DNA of 63,921 nucleotides, counting the filler, from Globobulimina sp. (taxonomy: Eukaryota): assembly GCA_003354225.1 (NCBI GenBank). It is 37 parts of 37 records of this genome, joined end to end, with 100 filler letters (N's around TTAATTAATTAA, not from the genome) between each part and the next. Parts side by side here need not be neighbours in the genome. Positions count along the whole stretch, not along the records: positions 48,459 to 50,088 come from PIVH01013882.1; positions 50,189 to 51,818 come from PIVH01013883.1; positions 51,919 to 53,547 come from PIVH01013884.1; positions 53,648 to 55,276 come from PIVH01013885.1; positions 55,377 to 57,005 come from PIVH01013886.1; positions 57,106 to 58,734 come from PIVH01013887.1; 31 more parts are not named here. One strand, given 5' to 3'. A program made the position numbers and the translations under genes. Numbering within the stretch: position 1 is the first letter of the stretch; each line of letters begins with the position of its first letter. Positions 48,459 to 58,834 of this stretch are shown here, piece after piece. The notes beneath the pieces are model-generated. The model worked only from the letters and a program-made list of their open reading frames with translations. It had not been told where the DNA came from and searched no databases.

Positions 48459-49770
48459 GAATTAATGTTGCATGTATTTTTTTGTTTTGGTATCGATTTC
48501 TGCTCTGCTGGTTTATTGTGGTTTGGTTGTTTATGTAAATTGGATCAGTGGTTGAGTCACTTTCAGATAAAATAATCTATGAGAATTATTTCCATAATTT
48601 AGAAAACTTGCATTTAAAATCGCAGATATCAAAAACAATGGCTTACCTTTGGTTGTCTCGGTTGTTTCAGTATTCCAAACAACGGCCTTTGTTAACCACA
48701 TGCTTTGGTTTAAGTATGTTTGCTTGATTGGATCCACTGAATACATTCTAATCAAATATATCAATATATGAATAGGTGCAGCTTTGTATGGTATTAATCG
48801 GTTTTATTGCGCTTGGAAGTATCACCAAAAACAATCTGTTGTGAATGAATATAAAAAAAAAGCAATATTAATTATTGGTGGAAGAGGGTTTGGTTTTGAC
48901 TTAGCATTAAAATTGGATAAATTAGGATTTTCTGTGATGGTAACATGTCAAAAACAAGAATATATTCAAAAATTTGAGGAAAATGAAGAATCTCTGTCTG
49001 ATAATTGCATATTATATGTAATGGATATAACCAATACAAAAAATATCAAAACTACTTTTGTAAAAATATCAACGTATTTAAAAGAAAATAATATTGCATC
49101 GTTATGGGGCATTGTTAATAATTCAGGGGTAATAATTCCAGGTTGTTTTGAAACTGTTTCTCAAAATTTAAGTCAATATCAAATGAATATGCTGTTAGTT
49201 GGACCGATAACTACTTTTCAAACATTTTTGCCTTTAATGTATGGAAGGAAAGAATATGAAATAAATAAAAGAAAGTTATGTGAAGCGGATGGTGGCAGAA
49301 TAATAAATATTTGCAGTGTTACTAAAAATAATCCAGGCCATCCTTACCAATGTCGTTTTGGTGTCAGTATGAGTGCATTATCATATTTTACACACTCATT
49401 ACGAATGGAACTATCTCCACGATTTGGAATTTGGTGTTCTGTCATAGAACCTGGTGTTTTTAAAACGGATATGTTTACGGATAATAATTGGAAAAGAGTT
49501 CAAAATGAATGTGATGGAAATATTTGGAATTTATATGGAGGCGATGCAATGATTGAAATGTATCAAAATGGGGTCAAAAAAGTATTTGATAAGTATGGCA
49601 CTTCGGATTTAAGCCAAGTTACAGATGCTATCATTCATGGTTTAACCTCAAAATCTCCCAAAAGAACTTATAAAGTTCGATGGGGCATATTTAACATTTT
49701 ACAATATTTTCCTGTTGCAATGTTTGAATCAATGGTTAGGAAAAATGACGCTTTATTGACATTAATGTAA
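48459..49770 (+). CDS. Short-chain dehydrogenase/reductase (RDH/BDH1-like) with substituted catalytic motif
   Basis: GFGFDLA, MDIT, LWGIVNNSG, GRIINICS and SLRMEL..FGI.CSVIEPG.FKT; upstream hydrophobic exon. Confidence 0.85.
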
Positions 49771-50188
49771 ATTCGAAATTAATTTGATATTAATCAATTC
49801 GAAATTAGTATGAATTAATTCTATTTAGTTTAAAATTAATAAAATAATCCTCACAATGAAAAAAAAATGAAATAAAATTCCTATGAAAGGGATTTGAGCC
49901 CTTTAAATTTCAACTAAATCATACGAATGTATAGCAATCTGGAACGGAAGATTCCTGGTCCCCCAGACTGAACACATGCAAACAATCCAATCCATTTTTA
50001 ACTTTCTTCAAAGTACATAGGACTTCTTGGTACTTGTATATGACACCAAGAGAGAACGAATCATATAAACCTAAAATATTCAATAACANNNNNNNNNNNN
50101 NNNNNNNNNNNNNNNNNNNNNNNNNNNNNNNNTTAATTAATTAANNNNNNNNNNNNNNNNNNNNNNNNNNNNNNNNNNNNNNNNNNNN

Positions 50189-50484
50189 GGCGTCACATCT
50201 TCAACAGCTTTGAAGAGGGGAGGATGATGTAATGCTTCCAAGGGTTCAACTTGGAGTTTTGTGTAGACGCCAAATCCATTCACGGATCCTGAGCCTGCTT
50301 TGAACGAAACTAATTGAGCCATACCGGTGATATGCATTGTGCCCGGATTCGCCCCACTCTGAGCGGCATCTACTAAAATTGCCGTGTCCGCATCTTCAAG
50401 CAGATCCAATAACTCCAGCCCTGGAAGTGGACAGATCTCAACTCGAACATGTTTTACACTATCGGTATATTGACTTTGATTCAA
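50189..50484 (-). pseudogene. Fragment resembling a bacterial hydrogenase maturation protease (HyaD/HybD family)
   Basis: PGLELLDLLEDADTAILVDAAQSGANPGTMH..GS.NGFGV; higher GC than the rest of the contig; the N-terminal GN...DDG motif is absent. Confidence 0.6.
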
Positions 50485-50620
50485 GCTTTATTGTATGAGT
50501 ACTATCTATTTTATTTTCCATAAAGTATGTTGTTGTTGGGGTTGTAGTGTATGATCGAATGTGTTTTTGGTTTAGTATGTTGAAAAACATTTATTGTGTC
50601 ACGTATAAACACATCATTCC

Positions 50621-51646
50621 ATGCTGCGAAAGAGTCTCTGCTTTTTTTCTATACTTTTATTGATACCATTTTATGGAGTAATATTTATTCTAACTCAATA
50701 CAATACGAATGAACAAAGCCGCTCCACACATCATATCGAGCCATATATTGACATGGAAATTTACAATCGTAACAATAAAACGAATCCAAAATCCAAAACA
50801 ACGATTACAAAGAAACTATCAAAATGTTATTTCTTGCATAAAACTCACACACTGTCAGAGCATATTTTGCAACGAATGAAATTGGCAAAGCAACAAATTG
50901 AACAGTATGGATGTGAATATTTTGTCATTTATTGGATTGATCAAATTGAAATGGACCACCAGCAATCAATTGATATTAAACAGCTATCGAATACATTTCC
51001 AAATTCACTTTACATCGTTGATTATGGCAAAACGGATCTTGTATTTCCAAACATGTTTGAAACAATGAAAAATTCAAAATTATCGTTTCTGTCACAAAAC
51101 ACATGGGCCTGGAATATGGCAGATATTCCGGAATTAGTTTGGTTTGAGCTGAATTTGGACACTTTGGAGTTGAACAGAAATGTATGGATTTGGTCCATGG
51201 AATATGATGTGGGTTGGACGGGTAATTTGGGATACATTTTAATGGAACTTTTTACGCACAAATCAGGAAATAATGTATCATATTTAGGCTACGATTACAA
51301 TGGCCCAAAGCTAAGGAAATGGACTCATATCGATAAGAAATTAAATATTTATTTTGGTGAAGATTACCCGATTCATAATTGTTTAATTCAATTAATCCGA
51401 TACACTCCGATGATATTAAGGAAGATGATTGAACAAATCAGAGATAATCAAATTGTGTATTGTGAATGCCGCGGAGTTATGATATGCAGAGATTGTGATT
51501 GGTGCAGTATAGGAGATATGAGAAGATTATTTAAAAACAATTTTGGATGGTTCTATTCCGGAACATCTTACTCAATTCAACAATGGTCGCAAATTGAAAG
51601 CAACAAAAGTGAATTGCATAAATTGTACCATCGTTTGAAGTGGTAA
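50621..51646 (+). CDS. Type II membrane protein, putative glycosyltransferase (DUF3405-like)
   Basis: N-terminal anchor and stem, W.NMADIP and WIWSMEYDVGWTGN motifs. Confidence 0.5.
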   Translation: MLRKSLCFFSILLLIPFYGVIFILTQYNTNEQSRSTHHIEPYIDMEIYNRNNKTNPKSKTTITKKLSKCYFLHKTHTLSEHILQRMKLAKQQIEQYGCEYFVIYWIDQIEMDHQQSIDIKQLSNTFPNSLYIVDYGKTDLVFPNMFETMKNSKLSFLSQNTWAWNMADIPELVWFELNLDTLELNRNVWIWSMEYDVGWTGNLGYILMELFTHKSGNNVSYLGYDYNGPKLRKWTHIDKKLNIYFGEDYPIHNCLIQLIRYTPMILRKMIEQIRDNQIVYCECRGVMICRDCDWCSIGDMRRLFKNNFGWFYSGTSYSIQQWSQIESNKSELHKLYHRLKW

Positions 51647-52371
51647 ACGGTCATTCAGCAAAAAAATATTCAGCACTAAAAATAGCAATATTTATAACAA
51701 TAAAAATAATCTTATTCACTGTGCAGGCACACAATATACAAAACGGAAAACTATTCAATTCACTAACAAATACAATACGCATTCTTTATGATTTATATGT
51801 CTTTTATGGTTTACATATNNNNNNNNNNNNNNNNNNNNNNNNNNNNNNNNNNNNNNNNNNNNTTAATTAATTAANNNNNNNNNNNNNNNNNNNNNNNNNN
51901 NNNNNNNNNNNNNNNNNNAAACCAAAAAAAAAAAAAAGAAAAAAAAAAAAAAAAAAAAAAACAGAAAAAAAAAATCGAAAAAAAAGAAAAAAAAAGCCTA
52001 AGCCTAAGACATAACCATTTCATTGTGACTCTGACGGTAATGAATTCTAAGTCTGTAACAAACCTCTCCCGTAGAAAATCCGATATGAAAAGTGCGAATG
52101 TTAACGAATCGAAAATATCAAAATTTTACAAATTTTGATCGATTTTTAACGATAATCGAACAATCATTTAATCAAAAGTTTGATCGCGGTTGTCTCAGAA
52201 CACTATTAACAATAGATCAGAAAAGGTTTGAACATTTACCGTTAACGTTTCGAAGATGACTACGGATGGACAAGCAAACCAGAAATGTATAAGTAGATGA
52301 CTACCTTATGCTATCATTTTTAGTTGCCCACACAAAATGTTCTGACTGTTGAACCATTAGATGTGGACATA

Positions 52372-53478
52372 CAGTACAAACCACGAAGTGATGGCAATTT
52401 TCCGTAGGTGTCCATTTTGTAGCTTTTCTACAAAATCCTACGTAATTTCTACAAAGTGCCTCTTCTTAACAAAAAGCTACAAAGTCTACAAAATGGTTCC
52501 TCCATGTGTGACAGTTAGTTGATTGATGAGCGTCAGTTATTTAGGCAAAACATATGGCCGACATTGTTCTCTTTTTTCCACAACAAGGCAACTTTAATAT
52601 TATATTATACATAGGTATACATATATGTATAATAGATTCTAAATATGTAGTTAAACAAAATTGAACTTGAGCAGGGCCGTAGCTTCCGTTTTAGTCTATT
52701 CAAAATTTACTCATTTAAACTTAAATAAGCCAGCTCAACCACAAACTAAGACAAAAAACAATGCCGTTTTTATATTCTCAAGAACGTGACCAGTGTTGTC
52801 GTTTTTATGTAGATTAGATGATAATTCGAAATTATTCATTATGTCAAGTCAGAAATAAGCTAAACCAGTTGCGCTAATATAACTTTGTTAAAAAAATTTA
52901 ATTAAAAATATTATTTGTTTGAAAATGAACTATCTGAGAACGTATTTCAGCGCATTTTTGGTTAAAAATATTACAATGTGTAGAAGGGAAACATTAATGT
53001 GAGGTAAACATTGGCCGAAGGCCGAAATTTTTGCGAAAATGTGTTACGAGATAGGAAATGTAGCAACAAATAAAGAAATTGAAGATGAAAATACATTACA
53101 AGACTTCTTGGTCATGAGAAGGTTTCCCTGTTAATTAATGGACGGAAAGTTATAATTTCCGTGACAATGAACAATTGGTTAAAGAATTACGTCCTTTGTT
53201 TGGTTGCCAAAATATCTTATGCCACTGGAAGGCCTGCTCTGATGACGTAACATTATAGGATTAGTAGAGAGATGCCCACGCTAGCTACAAAAACCTACAA
53301 AGTGCTCGAAAGTAGGGCGCCAGAAGGGTCCGGTTACATAACCTCCTGGCAAGCTACGAAATCCTACAAAATTCTACGGAATTTTGGGCTACAAAATGCC
53401 TGTGTTATAGAATATACAAAAAGCTACGAATTTGTAGCCATCCTACGGAATATTGCCATCACTTCGTGGTTTGTACTG
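52372..53478. mobile_element. Complete 1107-bp non-autonomous Tc1/mariner-pogo-type DNA transposon
   Basis: 37-bp TIRs cagtacaaaccacgaagtgatggcaat(t/a)ttccgtagg (52372-52408 and 53442-53478, 1 mismatch); TA on both sides; subterminal ctacaaa repeats. Confidence 0.85.
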
Positions 53479-53913
53479 TACATGGGTCGTTGTTTAGTCT
53501 TTGGAGAAATTTACATATTCTCCAGTGAATTTGTGGGAGGATTTCATNNNNNNNNNNNNNNNNNNNNNNNNNNNNNNNNNNNNNNNNNNNNTTAATTAAT
53601 TAANNNNNNNNNNNNNNNNNNNNNNNNNNNNNNNNNNNNNNNNNNNNTTCATCATTATGACGCCCGTTAATCTGAATTTAATGATGGAAAATCATTTGCA
53701 GAAAAAGGCACAATCCAGAGATTAACCCGTTTTATCTATTTACCAGTAACCAGCCACCTGCATCACTTGTCCAGTGTTATAGGACAAATATCCAGCGAAT
53801 TAAGACAAATGCATTGGTTTTTACAGAAGAACGTAATATGCCGATTTGTTTTAATACCAACTAACCATCTGAATTATTACAGCTAATTAGCAATTTGGGT
53901 GATATTGGCAATT

Positions 53914-53929
53914 TGGCACATTAATTGAA
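53914..53929 (+). promoter_or_regulatory. Candidate sigma54 (-24/-12) promoter, imperfect -12
   Basis: TGGCAC-ATTAA-TTGAA upstream of the small ORF at 54031. Confidence 0.45.
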
Positions 53930-54030
53930 ATGAAAATTAAGATAGATTAGAATGGTTATCCTGAATAAACGTTCACGGCAATAAAACACAACATTTTTTA
54001 TCCCACCCCCAAACAAGGAGAGGCTTTTAT

Positions 54031-54201
54031 ATGAAAGAAAAAATTGAAGAGATAAATATTAATGAAATTGACTTGCTGTCTTTAAAAAGAAAAGGGCTTT
54101 CATACCTCAAAATAAGTGAAATGATAGGCGTATCAAATCAGGAAATTATTGAACGGATTGAGCATCAGGAGCAGTTTAAACAATTTTCAGGTGTTTTTTA
54201 A
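54031..54201 (+). CDS. Small (56 aa) HTH-like protein, bacterial
   Basis: RBS aaggagagg; MKEKIEE..LLSLKRKGLSYLKISEMIGVSNQEIIERIE. Below the ORF-track cutoff. Confidence 0.6.
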   Translation: MKEKIEEININEIDLLSLKRKGLSYLKISEMIGVSNQEIIERIEHQEQFKQFSGVF

Positions 54202-54265
54202 TCATTCATGATTTCATTTATGCTAAAAAAAAACAAAACAGATTGAGCGGAGAAAAAAAAGAGCT

Positions 54266-54625
54266 ATGAGACAACAAGCACTGACAAATAAATTTGAAGT
54301 AATAGATAACGGTCAGCACCCTCAGGTTGAACAGTTTTACAGTGTTGAATTCTTCTTAAACCACTCCAAACTTCTTTATCAGTTTAAAGTCTGGAATAAC
54401 GAATCCCATTACATGTTTGCCATAGCTAAGGAGGGTTCGGTTATTCTGGATGAATTGAATGTCGGTGACACTTTCAACATGAAATATTACAGCAGTAATC
54501 CATTATGTCCGACAACCAACATGAATACTCAGATATCCTGTATCACAAAGGAAGATAATGGACGTTTTAAAGGCCATTATATTATAGGGTTATCAATTGC
54601 AGGGGAAACACAATTACAGCAGTAA
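54266..54625 (+). CDS. Small beta-rich hypothetical protein (PilZ-like, Desulfobacterales-type)
   Basis: YSVEF..YQFKVWN..KEGSVIL..L.VGD..MKYY..GRFKGHYIIGLSI; ggag RBS upstream. Confidence 0.6.
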   Translation: MRQQALTNKFEVIDNGQHPQVEQFYSVEFFLNHSKLLYQFKVWNNESHYMFAIAKEGSVILDELNVGDTFNMKYYSSNPLCPTTNMNTQISCITKEDNGRFKGHYIIGLSIAGETQLQQ

Positions 54626-54772
54626 ATTGAATTGTTCGTTAAATCGTTCATTCTCTCTCTCCTATATTTCAGATATTTGATTTCACAAAGTAACAATTTA
54701 TTTGAGTAGATTACACCGGTCAAAAGAATAAATTAACTTTGTGAAATTATTTATCTGGAAACAGCATTTCAT

Positions 54773-55102
54773 TCAGACAGCCGACGCTTTGTCAATATCA
54801 ACTATCTTTCCTTCCATATAATCCTTTGTTTCATACCGGGTTATTCCCATGAGTTTTTCCGTTATTTTTCCCATCAAGCTTACCTGTTCACTGATTTTCA
54901 TTATCTTATCGTGAAGCGGGTTGTCTTCGGAGACATCCATAAGCAAAAGTTCGGAATATCCTGAGACCACCTGCAACGGCTGGTTCAGTTCATGGCAGAC
55001 GCCACCGGCCATTGCAAGAGCGCCTTCAAGCCTGTGGTGATCTACACGCCGCTTGGTATTTTTATGCTTTTCCTTTACATTCAGTGTGGCCGTATCTCCC
55101 AT
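54773..55102 (-). CDS. Stand-alone histidine-kinase phosphoacceptor (HisKA/DHp) protein
   Basis: MAGGVCHELNQPLQVVSGYSELL H-box and ITRYETKDY tail; strong RBS ggaggaggt; no ATPase domain. Confidence 0.8.
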   Translation of the reverse strand: MGDTATLNVKEKHKNTKRRVDHHRLEGALAMAGGVCHELNQPLQVVSGYSELLLMDVSEDNPLHDKIMKISEQVSLMGKITEKLMGITRYETKDYMEGKIVDIDKASAV

Positions 55103-55175
55103 TATACCTCCTCCATTCGAACACCTTTAAACTTTTTGGGTCACCTAACATGGTCCTAAACCCGCAATTTAATTG

Positions 55176-55191
55176 AGCAAATACCGTACCA
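55176..55191 (-). promoter_or_regulatory. Sigma54 (-24/-12) promoter
   Basis: Minus-strand TGGTACG-GTAT-TTGCT, ~75 bp upstream of the HisKA ATG. Confidence 0.7.
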
Positions 55192-55628
55192 GAAATTGTA
55201 TTCCGTTGTATCGTATTGATTTTATATGATATATAAATTTTTTAGAAATTCAAACTGCCAAAAAACCATCGGTATTNNNNNNNNNNNNNNNNNNNNNNNN
55301 NNNNNNNNNNNNNNNNNNNNTTAATTAATTAANNNNNNNNNNNNNNNNNNNNNNNNNNNNNNNNNNNNNNNNNNNNAAATTTTTGTAAATTTTTTATTTA
55401 TTACACCATGGTACATAGAAATTTTGATCATATTTAAATATGATCATATGACTACATATTGCGCACCTATGATTGGTCATATTGAAAAACGTTCAAAATT
55501 TTTTGAAATTGAGATATATTGTATCTCATATGATTTATTATCACCTGGTAACAACAGTTTTAAAAGTTATGATATTTATGAGTTGATATAGCATTTGTAA
55601 ATAAATACTCTGAAATTAAAAAAAAAAC

Positions 55629-56531
55629 TTGAACTCTGCTTTTATAACAACATTTTTAAAAAATATGCCAAAAGGGTTTGACAGCAAAAGTGCAAAAAAG
55701 GCATATTCCATAGCAAAAGGGAACAAAGATAGAAATTTTGTAGCAAAAAAAATGGCTGTCGGCTACAGAGAGTTTGCAAAATTTGTCAAAAAGAATATGG
55801 GATTCAAAGAATATAAAGAAATATTCACGAATATTAAGAATATGAAGAATATTAATATAAAAACAATAAATAAACAAATAAACAAACAAATTAAATCACG
55901 AAAAGAAAAAAATATTTATGGCTATGAAGAGATATTGGAACAAAATTATTTGTCACAAAAATTCAAAAAAACCTGTTATGATATGGATTCATCGGAAAAA
56001 TCTTTCTGTGGTTATAATGCTGGAATATCGGTTGAATGTAATAATCAAAATTGTAATCAAGGTAAAAAGTGTTGGAACAAGTTTCCAACATATAAAGAAT
56101 CAAAAATAAATACAAAAATTATCACAAAAAGTTTTGGATTCGGACTGGCTGTGAGACGAAAAACAATCAAAAAAGATGGACATGTTATTGAATATATTGG
56201 AGAGAATTTTGATGAGAATGAATATAAAAAAAGAATGAAATTGTTAATGAAAAATAAAAAATTAAACTCATACATTTTGGAAGTTAGATCTGGACATTAT
56301 ATGGATACGCAAAAAAAAGGAAATGTCGCAAGGTTCATTAATCATTCTCATAAACCTAATGTAAGGTGCGACAAATATGTGAACAAATATGGTTTTTGGT
56401 CAGTTCACTTTGTTGCTGTTCAAGATATTTATGTTGGTGAAGAGTTAACCTTTGACTATGGCGATGTGTTCGCTGTTGGTAGGTTTGCATTTGACTGTAA
56501 ATGTGTGTTATGTGCAACAAAAACAATTTAA
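55629..56531 (+). CDS. SET-domain lysine methyltransferase (AWS-SET-postSET, NSD/ASH1/SET2-like)
   Basis: VECNNQNC..CWN, GFGL, VIEYIGE, GNVARFINHSHKPN, GEELTFDYG and CKCVLC. Confidence 0.9.
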   Translation: MNSAFITTFLKNMPKGFDSKSAKKAYSIAKGNKDRNFVAKKMAVGYREFAKFVKKNMGFKEYKEIFTNIKNMKNINIKTINKQINKQIKSRKEKNIYGYEEILEQNYLSQKFKKTCYDMDSSEKSFCGYNAGISVECNNQNCNQGKKCWNKFPTYKESKINTKIITKSFGFGLAVRRKTIKKDGHVIEYIGENFDENEYKKRMKLLMKNKKLNSYILEVRSGHYMDTQKKGNVARFINHSHKPNVRCDKYVNKYGFWSVHFVAVQDIYVGEELTFDYGDVFAVGRFAFDCKCVLCATKTI

Positions 56532-56616
56532 ATGTGCAACGACAAGAACTGCATTGAATGATATTATTTATGTTATTTTTTATTAAATAAACCGACTCAA
56601 TTGACCACAAACAACA

Positions 56617-56910
56617 TTATGTTCGATTCTTATTTTTTTTATTTGCTTTGCTTTCTGCTTGAACTTGAAACTTATTTCTATTCCGATATAAATATTCTGG
56701 TAAAGTCATTGTTGAACATTCCTTATTGTACGATATTGCAATTTGATTCTCTGTAAACAGCATTTGTGTATCTCCACCATCACCGTATGTAATTATTATA
56801 CCATCTTTAACATATTTTTTTGTTATTTCTTCTGATGGCAACATAAAATCCATTCTTTTTGTGTTGTTATTGATAATATTAAATCTCTTCTTATGTACAT
56901 ATGGAAGCAT
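56617..56910 (-). CDS. Hypothetical protein
   Basis: 97-codon ORF convergent with the SET gene. Confidence 0.35.
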   Translation of the reverse strand: MLPYVHKKRFNIINNNTKRMDFMLPSEEITKKYVKDGIIITYGDGGDTQMLFTENQIAISYNKECSTMTLPEYLYRNRNKFQVQAESKANKKNKNRT

Positions 56911-57390
56911 TGTTTTATTCCATATTTGTAGTGGAATAAAAACACCATACAGAAAACGTCTATTTTAGCTAATCCCATTCATCTCATTGCTTCTTTTTGT
57001 TTTTGNNNNNNNNNNNNNNNNNNNNNNNNNNNNNNNNNNNNNNNNNNNNTTAATTAATTAANNNNNNNNNNNNNNNNNNNNNNNNNNNNNNNNNNNNNNN
57101 NNNNNGTTTAGAAGTTTAAGCCTAAAAAGTCAATTAATTATAACAACAAAAAATCATCCTTGTTTAATGCGCTCGACACAATTAATGTCATTAAAAACAC
57201 AAACGAAGGCCATATACACTTGTGGCATACTGAAATAGTCCATGTAATGAATAATTGATTTTGATGATGAAATTAATAGAAGATTATGAAATTGATTTTG
57301 AAAATTTCTGTATTTATATTATTTATAATTTATATTCAATTATGAGCTATAATTAGACTCAATCTTTTCAAAAACAGTTTTTCGTGGATA

Positions 57391-58530
57391 ATGACGTCAC
57401 GTAAAAGAAAACAATTGGACAACGCAGAAGAATCGCAAACAAACGAACAAAACCATGAAACGAGTGAAGTTCCATTGAAGAAGCGAAAAATTGATGTCCA
57501 TCAACCTATGTCTTTTATAATTAATAATGAGAAAACTCTTATTATTTCTGATCAATGTGTACTTGGATTGGTTATATTAGAATTATGTAATGATAAACAC
57601 GAGGAATGGAGGCACGGTAAACAAATATTGAAACAATTGCAACAAATCAATGTAATAGATTCTTTTCAACAAATAGTAGGAGGAATATTGTCAACAAAAG
57701 AATTTAAAACAGAAAAAGAAAAATCTCTCAATATTTTATGGCAAACTATCTTTGAAAAAGCTAAAAGTAAAACAATTTCGGACCATATTAATGACGAATG
57801 GGAGCGTCGTATCATTGCCTTAGAATCATCATTTACCCATAACCCATACTGTCATGAAACAAAACAATTAAATGCCCCTCGTTTAAGAAACACAAAATAT
57901 TTATCTGAATTATTGAAAATAACTGAAATTTGTGGATTGAAAAAACAGATGGATAAAATTGGACTACTTGTGATGGGATGGATGCGTGATTATGGCGTCA
58001 CAGAGGAAGCATTACAAAGTGGTACCGAACAATTAATTGATGCAATGGATAAAACTATGAATATTTTATTCAATAATGATACGTTAAAAAATAAATCATT
58101 ACCTCCTGCAGCACAAAAATTATTTGATACAAAAAAATATTCAAAAGCAGTTGCATGTGTTATGATGATGGATCGAAATAACATTTTTGAAGTTGCAGAG
58201 CTTATTCAATGTTCAAAATGGTTATGCCATCGACGAGGAGCGAAATATGGATTTAAAATAGTTTTTTTTAATGATGGCAAATGCAGAATACGTAATAGTT
58301 TGTATGACTATGAATGTAAACAACAAACATGGACCCATCCAATTTATAAGAATAACCCTTGTATACAAATAAATCATCCATCATTACAATCAAATGTTTT
58401 TTGGTGTTATCGGAGAGATAAGAATTGGGCGCCCAAATTTGTTCAATGTTGGAAACACGAGACAGATTATCTTATCTATGCAGTGCAAGAAAATCAAACG
58501 TCTGAGCATGAGGAGAGAAAACAAAATTGA
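57391..58530 (+). CDS. Hypothetical nuclear protein (bipartite NLS-like N-terminus)
   Basis: Complete intronless 379-aa ORF with SRKRK..PLKKRK. Confidence 0.7.
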   Translation: MTSRKRKQLDNAEESQTNEQNHETSEVPLKKRKIDVHQPMSFIINNEKTLIISDQCVLGLVILELCNDKHEEWRHGKQILKQLQQINVIDSFQQIVGGILSTKEFKTEKEKSLNILWQTIFEKAKSKTISDHINDEWERRIIALESSFTHNPYCHETKQLNAPRLRNTKYLSELLKITEICGLKKQMDKIGLLVMGWMRDYGVTEEALQSGTEQLIDAMDKTMNILFNNDTLKNKSLPPAAQKLFDTKKYSKAVACVMMMDRNNIFEVAELIQCSKWLCHRRGAKYGFKIVFFNDGKCRIRNSLYDYECKQQTWTHPIYKNNPCIQINHPSLQSNVFWCYRRDKNWAPKFVQCWKHETDYLIYAVQENQTSEHEERKQN

Positions 58531-58834
58531 TAATCCCATATTGGTAAAATATTTTTTGGTAAAATATTTTTTCACCCATTGATTTTAAAAAAACTTCTTG
58601 AAGTAAGATGAAAATCAGCTTAAATAAATCTTTCCTTCCGACAGAGGATTAAAGACTCCGAGCAACAAATAATTAATTCAGCAACGTTGTTTCGTCCAAT
58701 CATACACAAACAACTTTCATGGGATAACACTGCANNNNNNNNNNNNNNNNNNNNNNNNNNNNNNNNNNNNNNNNNNNNTTAATTAATTAANNNNNNNNNN
58801 NNNNNNNNNNNNNNNNNNNNNNNNNNNNNNNNNN

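Noticed and set aside
51919-51995. Poly-A tract as a retro-insertion tail
   Set aside because: It sits at the contig edge with no upstream context, so it cannot be assigned.
27839-55102. Linking the bacterial genes (radical SAM, hydrogenase protease, HisKA) into one system
   Set aside because: They are on separate contigs placed together only by length sorting.
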